Below, in pieces: positions 26,801 to 39,219 of a stretch of DNA of 64,000 nt. The stretch is from NCBI GenBank assembly GCA_043228905.1, contig JBHGNT010000017.1:2666001-2730000 (forward strand), in the 5' to 3' direction. The stretch comes from Azolla caroliniana. Taxonomy: Eukaryota > Plantae > Polypodiophyta. Position numbers and translations under genes: made by a program. How positions within the stretch are numbered: the stretch's first letter is position 1; every line of letters starts with the position of its first letter. The notes under the pieces are model-generated. The model had not been told where the DNA came from and searched no databases. It was given only the letters and a program-made list of their open reading frames with translations.

Positions 26801-29552
26801 AGGGGAAGAAGAAGATGTTGGAATTCGAATCCAGCAACGATGAGTCGGATCGGTGTGCATCTAACTCCGACAAGGAGAAAGGCGGATCTTTGGCAACGAA
26901 GACCAAACCGGCCGAGAAGGGCCTCAAACCGGGTAATGGTGAGTTACGCCGGTCCACCCGCCAGAAGGATCCCGTCAAGCGGTACGGGTACAATGAGTAC
27001 ATGGCGCATCACTATGCGTACATGACTAAGGTGGCGGAAGTGCGTGAGCCGGAGAGCTACGCAAAAGCGGCCAAGGACGCAAATTGGCGTGCCGCTATGG
27101 AGGAAGAAATGCGGGCACTTGATGTCAACAAGACATGGGACCTAGTTGACCCTCCTCGTCGCTGTAAACCGATCAGATGCAAGTGGGTGTACAAGATAAA
27201 GTACAACGCCGATGGTTCAGTTAACCGGTACAAGGCCCCGTTAGTGGCGAAGGGATACGCGCAGGCCCATGGAATCGACTACGACGAGACCTTCGCTCCG
27301 GTAGCGAAGATGACGACGGTTCGTGTGGTGCTGGCGGTTGCTGCAGCAAGGGAGTGGCATCTTCACCAGATGGATGTGAAGAATGTGTTTCTTTAGGGTG
27401 ATCTTGAAGAAGAAGTCTTTATGACTCAGCCCCCCGGCTTTCCATCAGAGATGAACAAGTCGGCGGTATGCCAGCTGAAAGAAGTCGTTGTATGGCCTGA
27501 AGCAAGCCCCTCGAGCTTGGAATGTGAAGATCACGCACCGGCTACGTAAGATGGGGTTTGTGGCCTCCAAGTCCGACTCTTCGTTGTTCATCCGGCAAGG
27601 CTCAACCGGTCTGGTATGTATCCTGCTGTATGTTGATGATTTAGTCATCACCGGACTGGGTCTTTCAGAAGTTAACCGCGTTAAGTCCCAGTTGTCGGAC
27701 GCATTTGAGATGAAGGACCTGGGGGACCTTCATTATTTTCTTGGGATTGAGGCGATCCGAACCCCCAATGGCATATTGCTCTCACAACGACATTACGTCT
27801 TGAATATGTTGTACAAGTTCGGCATGACAGAATGTCGACCTGTCTCCACATCCTTGGACCGGAACAAGAAGCTTTGTCCCAACTCCGGACCGGCTTGCAA
27901 CGAGAAACAATTCCGACAAATTGTCGGAAGCCTTATTTACTTGACTATCACTCGACTTGACATCAGCTATCCGGTCGGAGTGATAAGTCAGTTCATGCAG
28001 AAGCCGACCGTGGAGCAACTTCAGTGCGCGCAACTGATATTGTGATATGTAAGCGGCACGAAGGACCGGGGACTGTTATACCGACGAGGTATAACCGCTG
28101 AGCTAGTCGGCTACACAGATGCCGACTGGGCCAATGATGCGTCGGATCGCAGATCCACTTCCGGTTTTATGTTTTCCCTTGGGAGCGTAGTTGTTGCATG
28201 GAGCAGCAAAAAGCAGCCAATAGTGGCTCTATCAAGCACTGAGGTTGAGTACCGAGGCACGACTGTTGCCACCTGCGAAGCCATTTCGCTTCGGCGATTG
28301 CTGCAAGACTTGCGGATCGAGGTACCGACCCCGATCCCGATTTATTGTGATAACATAAGCAACATGCAGCTCGCCAAGAACCTTGTGTTCCATGCTCGCA
28401 CGAAGCACATAGAAGTGCATTATCACTTTGTGCGTGAGCGGGTCCTGAGCGGTGAAGTTGAACTACGGTATGTTCACACGGATCGGCAAGTTATTGACAT
28501 CTTCACCAAGCCGCTTAGATCAGACAAGTTGCAGCAGTTCACCGAGATGCTTGGTGTTCAGCATCTTGATGTGCCACACTTGAGGGGGAGAACGGGCAAA
28601 GACACCGGAACGGGCAAAGGCAAAGAGACTGTTGTCGACACTGGTAAGGGAAGAACCGGAAGAGGGGGAGACAAGGAGGCTGAAGAAGTTGAGGATGGAA
28701 GCAAGGCCAAGACCCAGACATGGTCTGATGTGGTGAAGGGCTTGGAACTAGAAGACGAATCGGGAGCAACCGATTCAGACAAGAGCTGGAACGAATCGGA
28801 GACAGTCGATTCGGTTCAATAGACAGATTCGGAAGAACCGGATCAAGTCAAGGCTAAGCAGACACGGATGTAGCGGAAGTCGATGCCATCGCGGAGGAAC
28901 TGACGGATCGGCAAGCATCGGAGTCATAGCAGTGAAGGAGCTGAGAGGGGCCTATTCAGCAAACATGCCAACCGAGGAGGTCGAGGTGCGCAAAACAAGA
29001 GGGGTCATGGCAAACAGAACCGAACCGGACGAGGAGCGCGAGCAAGGCGGAATGACGCCAGGAGAAGTCGGTTGGAAGAACTAACTACCATAGAGGCTGA
29101 CACTAGGATCCAACCTCAAGTTGAGCTTGAGGGGGAGTGTTGAGCGGCAAGCTCAACTAGAGCCGGATCGGCTGGATAAGCCTGAGCCGGCAAACGAGAC
29201 GGATCGATAAGCCGTGAGCAACCGAGCCGGCAAGCAACCAAGCCAGTGAGCTGGGGAGCCGGTTAGCCGGATCCAATCGGTAACCGGAAGCCTAGTATTA
29301 GTTTAGACTACTAGGTAATTATGGTCTCGCAGTAAGTGTGAGAAGCTCGTGTGAGCATTGAAGTACGCGGTACTTCTGTCAGTCCCACAAGGACTTTTAT
29401 AAATAGTGCTACCGAGCACAGTTGTAAGTGATAGAGTGTTTTATATTTTTTGAATATAGCTTTGAGGTTCTGCTCTCTCTGTCTCTCCCCGTGTACTCTG
29501 TGTATTCCCTGATTTCCTTGTCTTCTAACGCTTCCGCAAGTAATCGTTTTCA
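23820..29552 (+). mobile_element. Full-length but decayed Ty1/copia LTR retrotransposon
   Basis: 415-bp LTRs at 23820-24234 and 29138-29552 (TG...CA). PBS TGGTATTAGAGC (tRNA-iMet type) at 24235. PPT GAGGGGGAG. Imperfect TSD GATTG/TATTG. Domain order gag (CWYCGKEGHRESEC)-PR-INT (HSDVWG, AERKN)-RT (LYVDD)-RNase H (DADWA), with stops (e.g. 25563, 27394) and frameshifts. Confidence 0.97.
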
Positions 29553-30331
29553 TATTGCTTATGCGTCTTAGATGAATTGATATATATTGCAAGTGAATTT
29601 GTTCTTTATTAAGAGATTTGATCTGATGTCTCAAAGGCTCGAATGAATAAAAAGTATATTGGATTTCCAAATACATGGAGGTATTTATAGATGTTATAGT
29701 GTGCATGCATACTTTTGATAATGTTTAGCGTTCCTAGGTGACATTTGAATGATGGTTATGTTACATGTACAAGGAATATGGCTTTGTGGTTCATTGATGG
29801 TGAGATGGCAACTTAATCATGTTAAAGCATTTAATTACAACATTGGGAACATGTATCAAGCCTTCTATGAAGTGGGTTTGGGAGCACCCTTTTTCTCTAT
29901 ATTAATTGCATGTGAGATTAATCAAAACATGTGGGAACTCTGAAATATCGACCACATGATGCAACAGTAGTGCGTTGTCTCTTAATTGTGAATATAATAC
30001 CAAAATGGACACATGTTTATTCTCTTTCTATCATAGTCAGGATATAGTAAAAAAAGAAAAAGAAAAAGTACAACTAAAGCTCACGCATTGCGTCTCATCA
30101 TGAAATACAAACTCTAGACTAATTTCTAGACACTAGACCTCTCGAAAATGCAAGAGCTTCTCTTTAGCGAGATTGGTAGCTTGTTTTATGACGTTAGAGG
30201 AGGATTGCCACCAAAAATTTGTACAGGCAATCACATCTCTCCCCAATCATATATAAATATACATATATAACTCTAATTCGATGTCTATAATCTAGCAGCA
30301 CATGTTCATAACATGGATCTCATCCCCAATC

Positions 30332-30375
<44 letters not shown>

Positions 30376-30675
30376 TCCCTCTATTTCAATGTCTCTAAGC
30401 CGGTGGTACCGAGTGATAAGGCACATCTCTCCCCAAATCATATGCATAAACACACGCTAGTTCGAAGTCTCTAGTCCCGCACCAAGTCATATACATATAT
30501 GTTGTACGACGTTGTGCTGTGACACTCTTGTCTTGTAGTTGTCACTAACACATTGGGACTGAGGCCCTAGACACATGTCACAAACAGAAGAAAATATGTA
30601 CTGTTAGTAACTCCGAGCCCTTCGAGAATCGATGGGATGGGGTCCATATATGTACATATGGCGAACTAAAAAAAC

Positions 30676-32727
30676 CTAGGGCACGGTTGCAGACATGCCT
30701 GTTCTCTGCACATCCATGTCCTTCTTGTCTTCCTTCCTCTCATCACAGTGCTCAGTGGACAGCTCCGATCTGGTAGCCTCGGGTACCATTATATGCACAC
30801 AAACCTCCCTCATTGATGATGATGATGATGATGATGATGATCGTGATGGTGATGAGGTTGTCTCCTCTCTATGGGCGATGGTGGGCAAGGTTGCAGGAGG
30901 CATGCCTGTACCCTGCACATCCATGCCCTTATCGTCCATTCTATCCTCACAATGCTTAGTGCCCGGCCCTGATTCTGTAAGCTCTGGCATCATTGCATGG
31001 TCACCATCCTTCCCCTTTGATGATAATGGTACCGATGATGATGACCATGATGAAACTGATGACATTGATGATGGTGATGGTGATGGTGGTGCCTCCTCTC
31101 TATGTGTCATGGTGGAACTACCCCTCCACACATCCACCTTGATGAATGCACATAAGAATCCAACACAACCCGACACACCCAATAATGATGTGACAAGATA
31201 TAGGCGAGGCAATGTCCCGAGTCTCATGGTCACGAATACTACCACAATATCGAGGGAGAGATGTGCCAGAAAGACCACGAAAATCTTAACCTGGAAGCCG
31301 CGTTTGCCCAAATGCCCCCCCTCTGACGCATCACTGACCATCGCGTAGAGAGGGCCCATCATCATGCTCATGTATGCAAACACTAGAGAGGTCGGCAATC
31401 TCGTTTTGAGGGTCTTCCCTTTGTCGAACTTATTGTTGTGGAAAAGCGAGAAGAAAAGTGTATATCCTGTGATACATGATGCTATCACCACGAGTGGAAT
31501 TGAGTCTGAGACATGGAACTTGGCTTGCTCTTGGATCGATCTAGTCTTTATGAAGTGTTGTCTTATGTGAACTATAATGTTTGCAAAGGTTAGGCATCGG
31601 ACCATAGTTGCACATAGAGTCACGCCTCCCCCTGTAGTTGCCACTAATACCTTCTCTTTCATGCTGCTCGTTTCTGTGCATGCAACTGATTGTGCCGATG
31701 TGCCCCCATTGTAAGCAGCTGATAGGAGGGAGGCTGCGACCGAGACCTTGAATGTGGTCCACATGCTTGAACGAAACACACCCTCTTGAGTGAGCACAAG
31801 GTAGCCGCAAAATTGTAGAACTAACATGGGAACCCCCTCTAAAGCACTCCCAATGATACAATAGAGCCCATTCACCAATGGACATGTCAAGTCCTTCACA
31901 CTACACATTGAAGAATATCATTTTAAAGATTACTCATAACAATAGATACGACAAGTACACACACGACAATAAGGCAGATAACAATATTAGCTCAATATAT
32001 GCAAGAGAATTTTTAGATATTTTATTTTTTTATAGTGTGAAAGTGGACACTTTCATTCATGTTTTCCAATGGTATTCAACATTACGGATTTTGTAGATAA
32101 TTTGGAGCATAGCTTCCTAGGTGGGAAAGACCTCACTTTCCCTGGGGTTCCATAAAATGTTTCACATGATGAGCTTTAGTTTTCCCACCCCCCATCGACT
32201 CTAATTAGATATGCTCCAGCTCACCTACAAAAATCCTACATCTCTACATTAGATTAATCCACAAAGTATGAATAACCATTGTGAAAATGCAAGTTCAAAA
32301 TGCATAGGAGGGATAAAGAATTATACCCTTGGTAGCTAAAGGTGCACCACACGAGGTTAGCAAGGCGATAGAGATGGATAAGGGGGAGGAAGTAGGCAGC
32401 AAAGAGGGGGTGTAGAACAATATTATCTCGAGTGGCTTTAACTTTGATCTTGAAGAGGAGAGCATTTAGAGAGTGGCAACATGCAAGAATTGCAAGCAAA
32501 GCAAAGAAGTAGCCTGCTAGCTCACTCTTTTGGTGGTGGAGGGTAGCTACCGTAGCCTCATTTAGTGGATTTTGAGTTTTTATTAATGAAGAGAGTTGAA
32601 CGTAACGTGTTGAATATTGCACCAAAACCACCACATTACTCCCAAAGTCGAAGAGATAGGCACCTGCTGAGAACACAATGCTTCCTGTGGCTACAAGCTC
32701 TCTAAGAGTATATAATGGAACCTTCAT
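30676..32727 (-). CDS. Polytopic membrane protein, XK-related (Xkr/CED-8)-like, copy A, about 541 aa
   Basis: Exons 32727-32327 and 31900-30676 splice in frame (GG|T). Many hydrophobic segments. Motifs AYLFDFGSNVVVLVQY, LPLIHLYR, SALEGVPMLVLQ, SVAASLLSAAY, MVRCLTFA. The gene model is well supported; the family call is by eye. Confidence 0.72.
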
Positions 32728-34123
32728 GTTTTTTTCCTTGGTGATCTAGCAATAACCTAGCATGCATATACCCTTATGTAAGCTTAATCATGTTCTTTCT
32801 TAGACCCTATACCAAGTTAACACGTTTCTCATAAAATCTCAAACTTTCCTTGAGCATATTCACTTTTTGAGTGTTCCAATTTCTCTTTATCACGTCTTTA
32901 GATGGCCAACCATTCAAGCGAGCATATCAACCAAAAGGAGAGCCTTGGAAAACAAGCTTCAAACATCTAGTACACTAATAGAATCGTAAAAAAATCAAAC
33001 ATTTGAGTCTACCACTTTTCAAAACACAACTAGAGACCACACATTCTTGCTTTTTAGCCAAAATCTTTGTTATTAATACTCAAGGACAAACACTTCTAGC
33101 ATTGTGGTCACAATCAAGCTAAAAGAAGGGCAATAACTTCATAACATAGAATACAATTGTCAGCATTCCATGTCACAATCTAGCACAATGCATTACCCTT
33201 CCTAGATCTCTCTCTCATGTGTAAAAGTGGAAATTTTGGATTTTTAGTGTTTGATGTGATAGCTTGATGTGTTACGTGACTGATTACTAGTTTTTAGAGT
33301 CTCATATGTCCCGTTTTATATTTGATTTAAAATATAGAAACAATAATAATTTTGAATCGGTATCCTAATGCAAGCGAAAAGAGTTATTTGCCATTAATAT
33401 TATGAACATATTACTAAAAGTGAAAAGGGTGATGGAGGAGTTGAATCATCGTACATTTGGAAACCAGTGAGTAGTTCCCTAGAGTAGGAAAGTGAGTAAT
33501 ATAACAATTTCCTCAAACAGTAAGAAAACTAATTAGTATTATGATGGTATGTAGGTGCGAGTTTAATAATTGTCCTTTAACCGCTATCTTAGGAAGTGCT
33601 TTGATAACTATACGTATGCCTATAGATATTTAGGTTGAATTTACAAGTGAGATACATTGCTTACTTGTAGCCAAATGAGTACTATTGTGGTGCCAACCTT
33701 GTGCTACCACGAGAGTTTTTAAGACACCTCAAGTGAGGCCTCGGTCTTGAAGTAGTATGTATTGTATATTGACCAAAGCAACCGAACTTTGAGTGACATA
33801 ATATACTCAATGATCACCTTTGATTGAGGTAGTTCGTTGTTAAGTATCCATCAACATCTTATCTCTAGTGCTACTACAATTGGGGGATACACTAAAGACT
33901 CCTCTTAGAAGTAGGGCAATTGAACAAGAGAGAGCCATACACTGTAATAGGGTACAAAGGTAATATCTATAAACCATTGTACCCTCCCAAATGTTAAAGG
34001 CACAAAGTTATAATCTAGTTAAATAAGGGAGAAATATAAAGGAACTATAAAACCTTTCAGTAGGGGTTTTCCTTTTAGCATGATTATTAGGCCAAAACTT
34101 AAGTTCTTCTCTCTTCTTCTTCT

Positions 34124-35668
34124 TTTTTTCCAAAATGAAGCTACTTTCCCATTAGTTAGGTAAGATTATTACAAAGAGATTGTACAAGGAGGCTTAAGCA
34201 TAGATCGGGGAATCCCCCTCCGATCAAGTTCTAGAAATTGAGACTAGTTACATCGCCTTTTGGACGGACTACTTAGTGTAAGTACCTACAACACCAACTA
34301 TCCGCATTGAAGGCGTCCGTCCACTTATCACCAGAATGATCAAACCATGCCGCAACACTCCACGATGTTGTTCCTTCCACTTCACAAGCCGCAAGGAGGT
34401 GAGTCACTCTATCCCATACCTTTTGAGCGTGAGGGCAATCCCATAGACAATGCCTCAGAGTCTCAATAGGTGAATGGCAAAGTGGGCAGCCTAATGGGCC
34501 GCCACATTTACCTAGCCATTTGCCAACTGGAACCACATTATGCCCGATTTGCCACCAACAAAACTTTATCTTTTCCGGCAAGTGGAGACGCCAGAAACCC
34601 TTCCAAAAGGTAATGAGCACCTCATCAGGGATGCCCAATGTACGCCAGCCATTGCGTAAGGGGCCGTCTAGCTGCAGTTGAAAAGCCCGACCTAGTTTAG
34701 TGTTGTACTCGAAGAAATGGCAAAATCTGCCATCATGTTTCCACCTGAAATCCCCTGGGTCCCATTCTAGTTCGACGAGGGGACGACAACCATATACCCA
34801 TAACTTCCAATGGGGTTCCACCTTAGCAACATCCGGGTCTGTCTTCCAGATGTTACCAACATGCGCCACCACGCGGATAGGGTGCCAAGAGCCCCTACTC
34901 TGACTCTCCCCAAAAATCTCATCTCTTCCCGATCCGCTCACGCCCTTCAGCGCCTTAACCCTTCCAACCTCATCAAAGAGACCGAACCAAGCATCTTCTC
35001 TCACCTCCCCCATCAGAACCCTATCAACTGCCTCAGCTAGCAATCTCCACATTTTCATGGTTCCCTTGAGGGGAGGGAATGGGACCTCCTGGGCTCCTCC
35101 TAAAGCCACCACGTGTCTCCAATCATCTAAAGAGTGAAGCCCTGTTTGCGCCATCTTTCCCCATGCTAGGCCCTTAAACTGGCCTAACATCATGTTGTCA
35201 CGTGTTCACACCCGAGGGTTCCAAAATAATGGTTGTCTAGACCACTTGGTTAGTGTCTCTGGCGTGTGCTTGACCAATTGATGTCGTACGTGACACCATT
35301 CTCACAAGATGGAGTTCGTGACCCTCTCCTCCGGAAGACAAGCCATCTTGGGTGGGACGCCGCTCATGCAACACCAATTCAAGGAGTCGGGCCAAGGCCT
35401 ACCATACTTGGGAGTCCTTGCCTGCAACCTATTGCGAAGTAGAACCTTCCAACACCCCTTACCTGGCAGGAGGCAGCGAACCACCATTTTGGCTAGCAAT
35501 GCTCAACTCTTCATTAAGGGGTCTATGAGGCCAAGCCCCCCTTTGGCTCGCGGTTGTGTTAACCAATGCCATGACACTCTGGTGGCAGCCATCGGGTTGT
35601 CCTTACCTGACCATATAAACCCCCTGATGGCAGCCTTAACCGCGCGCAATCCTGAAGGGTCCATAATC
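34124..35668 (-). mobile_element. 5'-truncated L1-type LINE (post-RT region and zf-RVT)
   Basis: Translated motifs FIWSG..RVSW..LTQPRAKGGLGLIDP and FWRLHLPEKIKFCWW..CPLCHSPIETLRHCLWDC. Short A-tail (T7 at 34123-34129). Flanking direct repeat CTTCTCTCTTCTTCTTCTTT at 34106 and 35669. Confidence 0.9.
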
Positions 35669-36518
35669 CTTCTCTCTTCTTCTTCTTTCGTATGTATGTT
35701 TATTATTAAAGCAAGATGATAATACAACCCTTGCTATCTCCACTACTTCATTAGTAGCAATATGGCAAGGAAAACCCTCTCAAGTATTGTAATACTAGAT
35801 GACATAACTCTACCTCATCTTGGGACAACGTCCCCATCCAACATAGTTATGAAACTTGGCAAATCGACTTCCCTTTCATCCTATGGAGTTGTTGTGTTAC
35901 CCCATGAAGTCCATCAAACAAGAACCCATTTCTCATGGTTCAATTAAACCACATCCCCAATACCTAAGATAGTCCCTCTCTCTTTCTCCTCTCTCCTTAG
36001 TTAACTTCTTAATTGTAAGTTAAGAGTCAAAGCTTGTACCCGAATAACTTGTATTTATGCTAAGCATGGATTAAGAGAAGCAAATTTGTGTGGATGATTT
36101 GTTGCCAGGTCGCTCTTCTATCAAGTGCACAAGTATGGTAAAGTGTCACATGTTTTAGTATTTAATAAATCTTGTGCAAGTGATCAAGTTGTAAAGTGAC
36201 TTTGGAGTTTGCTTTAGTAGTTCGTATAGTGTAAGTCACTCGAGGATGATTGGCAATCATTGTGGCTTTTCTCACCCACAAAATGGTAGACAATCCAACT
36301 TGTATATATGTGAGTTGTTGTCATCATTATATTAGTGGGGCTTTGACACACACTTGTAATCTTGGCATTTATTAATACGATTATCGTTTTTCCTCTTTTC
36401 CCGATCCGATATTTTTCTTGCCATTGGTTCTTATTAGCAAACTTGCGCATCCATGTCCTTGTGGTCATCATTTTATCTCCAGGGAAGTCTTAGTGCATTA
36501 AACCCATTTTGTAATCTC

Positions 36519-38405
36519 TTATGGTATTATTACATGCACACAAGCCCTCCCCCTTGATGATGATGGTGAGGATGATGTCTCCTTATGTGTAATGGTGGGC
36601 AAAGTTGCAGGCAATGCACGCTCTTTGTCATTCCTTCTCTCCTCACAACGCTCAGTGCACCACTCCCATTTTGTAATATCTTCTGGTATCATTATATGCA
36701 CATAAATCTCCCCCATTGATGAAGAAGACCATGATGGTGATGGTGATGCCTCCTCTGTTTGTGTAGTGATGGAATTACACCTCCTCCACACATCCACCTT
36801 GATGAAGGCCAACAAGAATCCAAAATAACCTGAGACTCCCAAGAGAGAGGCAATGAGATATGGGTGAGGCAACATTCCCAGTCTCATGGTCACAAACACT
36901 ACCCCAATATCCACAGAGAGATGTAACATAGATATAGCCAAAAGCTTGAGTTGAAAGCCACGTTTACCCAAATGGCCCCTCTCGACTGCATCACTAAGTA
37001 TAGCATAGAGAGGACCCATCATCATGCTCATATATGCAAACACCAAAGAGGTTAGCAATCTCGTCTTGAGTGTCTTCTTCCCATTGTTGTCGGGATTATT
37101 GCCGTGAAAAAGCGAGAAGAAAAGTGTATATCCTACAATGCAAGCGCCGATCATCATGAGTGGAATCGAGTCGGAGATATGGAAATTGGCTTGCTCTTGA
37201 ATCGATCTAGTCTTCGAGAAGTGCTCTCTTATGTGAATTATGATGTTTGCGAATGTTAGGCACCGGACCATCGTTGCACATAGAGTCACACCCGCCCCCG
37301 TAGCTCCCACTAATACAATCTCTTTCATGGTGCTCGTCTTCGTGCATGCAACGGATTGTGCCGCGGTACCCCCATTGTAAGCGACCGATAGGAGGGACGC
37401 TATGACTGAGACCTTCAATGTGATCCACATGCTCAAGGGAAACACACCCTCTCGTGTGAGAATCAGATAGCCACAAAATTGTAGAACTAGCATGGGAAGT
37501 CCCTCTAAAGCACTCCCAATCATGCAATAGAGACCGTTCATCAATGGGCATGTCAAGTCCTTCACACTACACATCCAAGACGATCATTTGAGGGCTTACT
37601 TACAAGTTACAACAATAAATATGAGCAAACGAACACAACAATAAGGCACATAACAATATAATTACATCCACATAAAGATGAGAAGTTTTTGGCATTTTTC
37701 TATGTGGGAATGTGCACACTTTACTTTATGGATTTTGCACGCTCAGTGAAGTATAGCTCCCTAGGTGTCTTCAGTGTTGATTTCTTATCCATGTAGGAAA
37801 GACCTCACTTTTCGTTGGGTGTTCATATATTGTTTGATATTTTAGGAGCTTTAGTATTCTCACCTTACATAAACTCTACCTAGATATGCTTCACCAAACC
37901 TAGGAAAATGGTGTTACTATGTTACATTAATCACTATTGAGTGAATTTTGAATACTTGTGAAAAAATGCTAGAGCAAATGCACATGATGGATAAAGAATT
38001 GTACCCTTTGCAACTGAAGGTGCGCCACATGAGGTTAGCAAGGCAGTAAAGATGGAGGAGGGGGAGGAAGTAGGCAGCAAAGATGGGGGCAAGATCAACA
38101 TTACCTGAGGTTGCTTGAAATTTGAGCTTGAAGAGGATAACATTCAAAGAGTGACAACATACAAGGACTGCAAGCAAAGCGAAGAAGTAACCTCCTAGGT
38201 CACTCTGTTGGTGGTGGAGGATAGCTACCTTAACCTCATCTAGTAGATCTTGAGTTTTGATGAATGAAGAGAGTTCAATATAACGTGTTGAATATTGCAC
38301 TAAAACCACTATATTACTTCCGAAGTCAAAGAGATAGGCATTTGCGGACAACACAATGCTTCCTATTGCCAAAACCTCGCTAAGAGTATACACTGGAGCT
38401 TCCAT
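36519..38405 (-). CDS. Polytopic membrane protein, XK-related-like, copy B (tandem paralog), about 482 aa
   Basis: Exons 38405-38005 (401 bp, same length as copy A) and 37566-36519, with the same intron position. Motifs AYLFDFGSNIVVLVQY, SALEGLPMLVLQ, MVRCLTFA. Confidence 0.72.
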
Positions 38406-39219
38406 GTTAATTTCGTTAATGATCTTGTGATGTGCTAGCATGCACATCTTCTTATGTATGCTAAATTATGTTCTCTCATAGAGCTTGTGCCATGTTAACA
38501 CATTTCTCATAAAATATCAAAAGGTTTTATAGAAAACAAGGACCTTTCAAATTTCTCATTACCGCGTCTTTCAAAAAACTCAGGAACAAGGAGAGCCTTG
38601 AAAAATAAGGTTCTTTAATGTTAAAGACGTTTACTATGCATTTTGTATCTTCAAATAACTAGACTTTTAATTTTGCCATTGTTTGAACTTTGGTATAAAG
38701 GAGTGTCAAGGAAATTTGGAGACCAACCGTCAATGCTTTCTAGCTAGTCTTCATATAATCAATGACAATCATTAGTAAGGTCGTGTTCGCAAATGAACTA
38801 AAAGAAGGGAAATAACTTGATAAAACACTAAATAAAGTTGTGGCGCGACATCCGACATTATGCTTCTCTCTCTCTCTCTCTCCACATAGAATGAACCATA
38901 CGTACAATACGTGCATTCACATTTGAGAATGATTCAATCAAACGTGTATGGTAAATCATCTCAAAGTTGGATTGGATTGACTAGGGTCTATATTATATAT
39001 TGATTCACTCTCAATCCTAATAAGTGGACTCTAATCCATTGTGAACCACCAACATAAGTATGGTTGCAATATTTGCATTGTATCACATGCATACTTTTGG
39101 GATGCTTCTTAAGAATCAAGACATCTCTATCATCCTCACTTTAGAACTTTACAAAAAAATGAGTATGAACTATAGAGATTGAATCAAAATATGTCATTAC
39201 AAATTATAATCAAACGTTC

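Noticed and set aside
30695-31348. 217-aa Asp-rich + strand ORF
   Set aside because: Antisense shadow of the Ser-rich tail of XK-like copy A.
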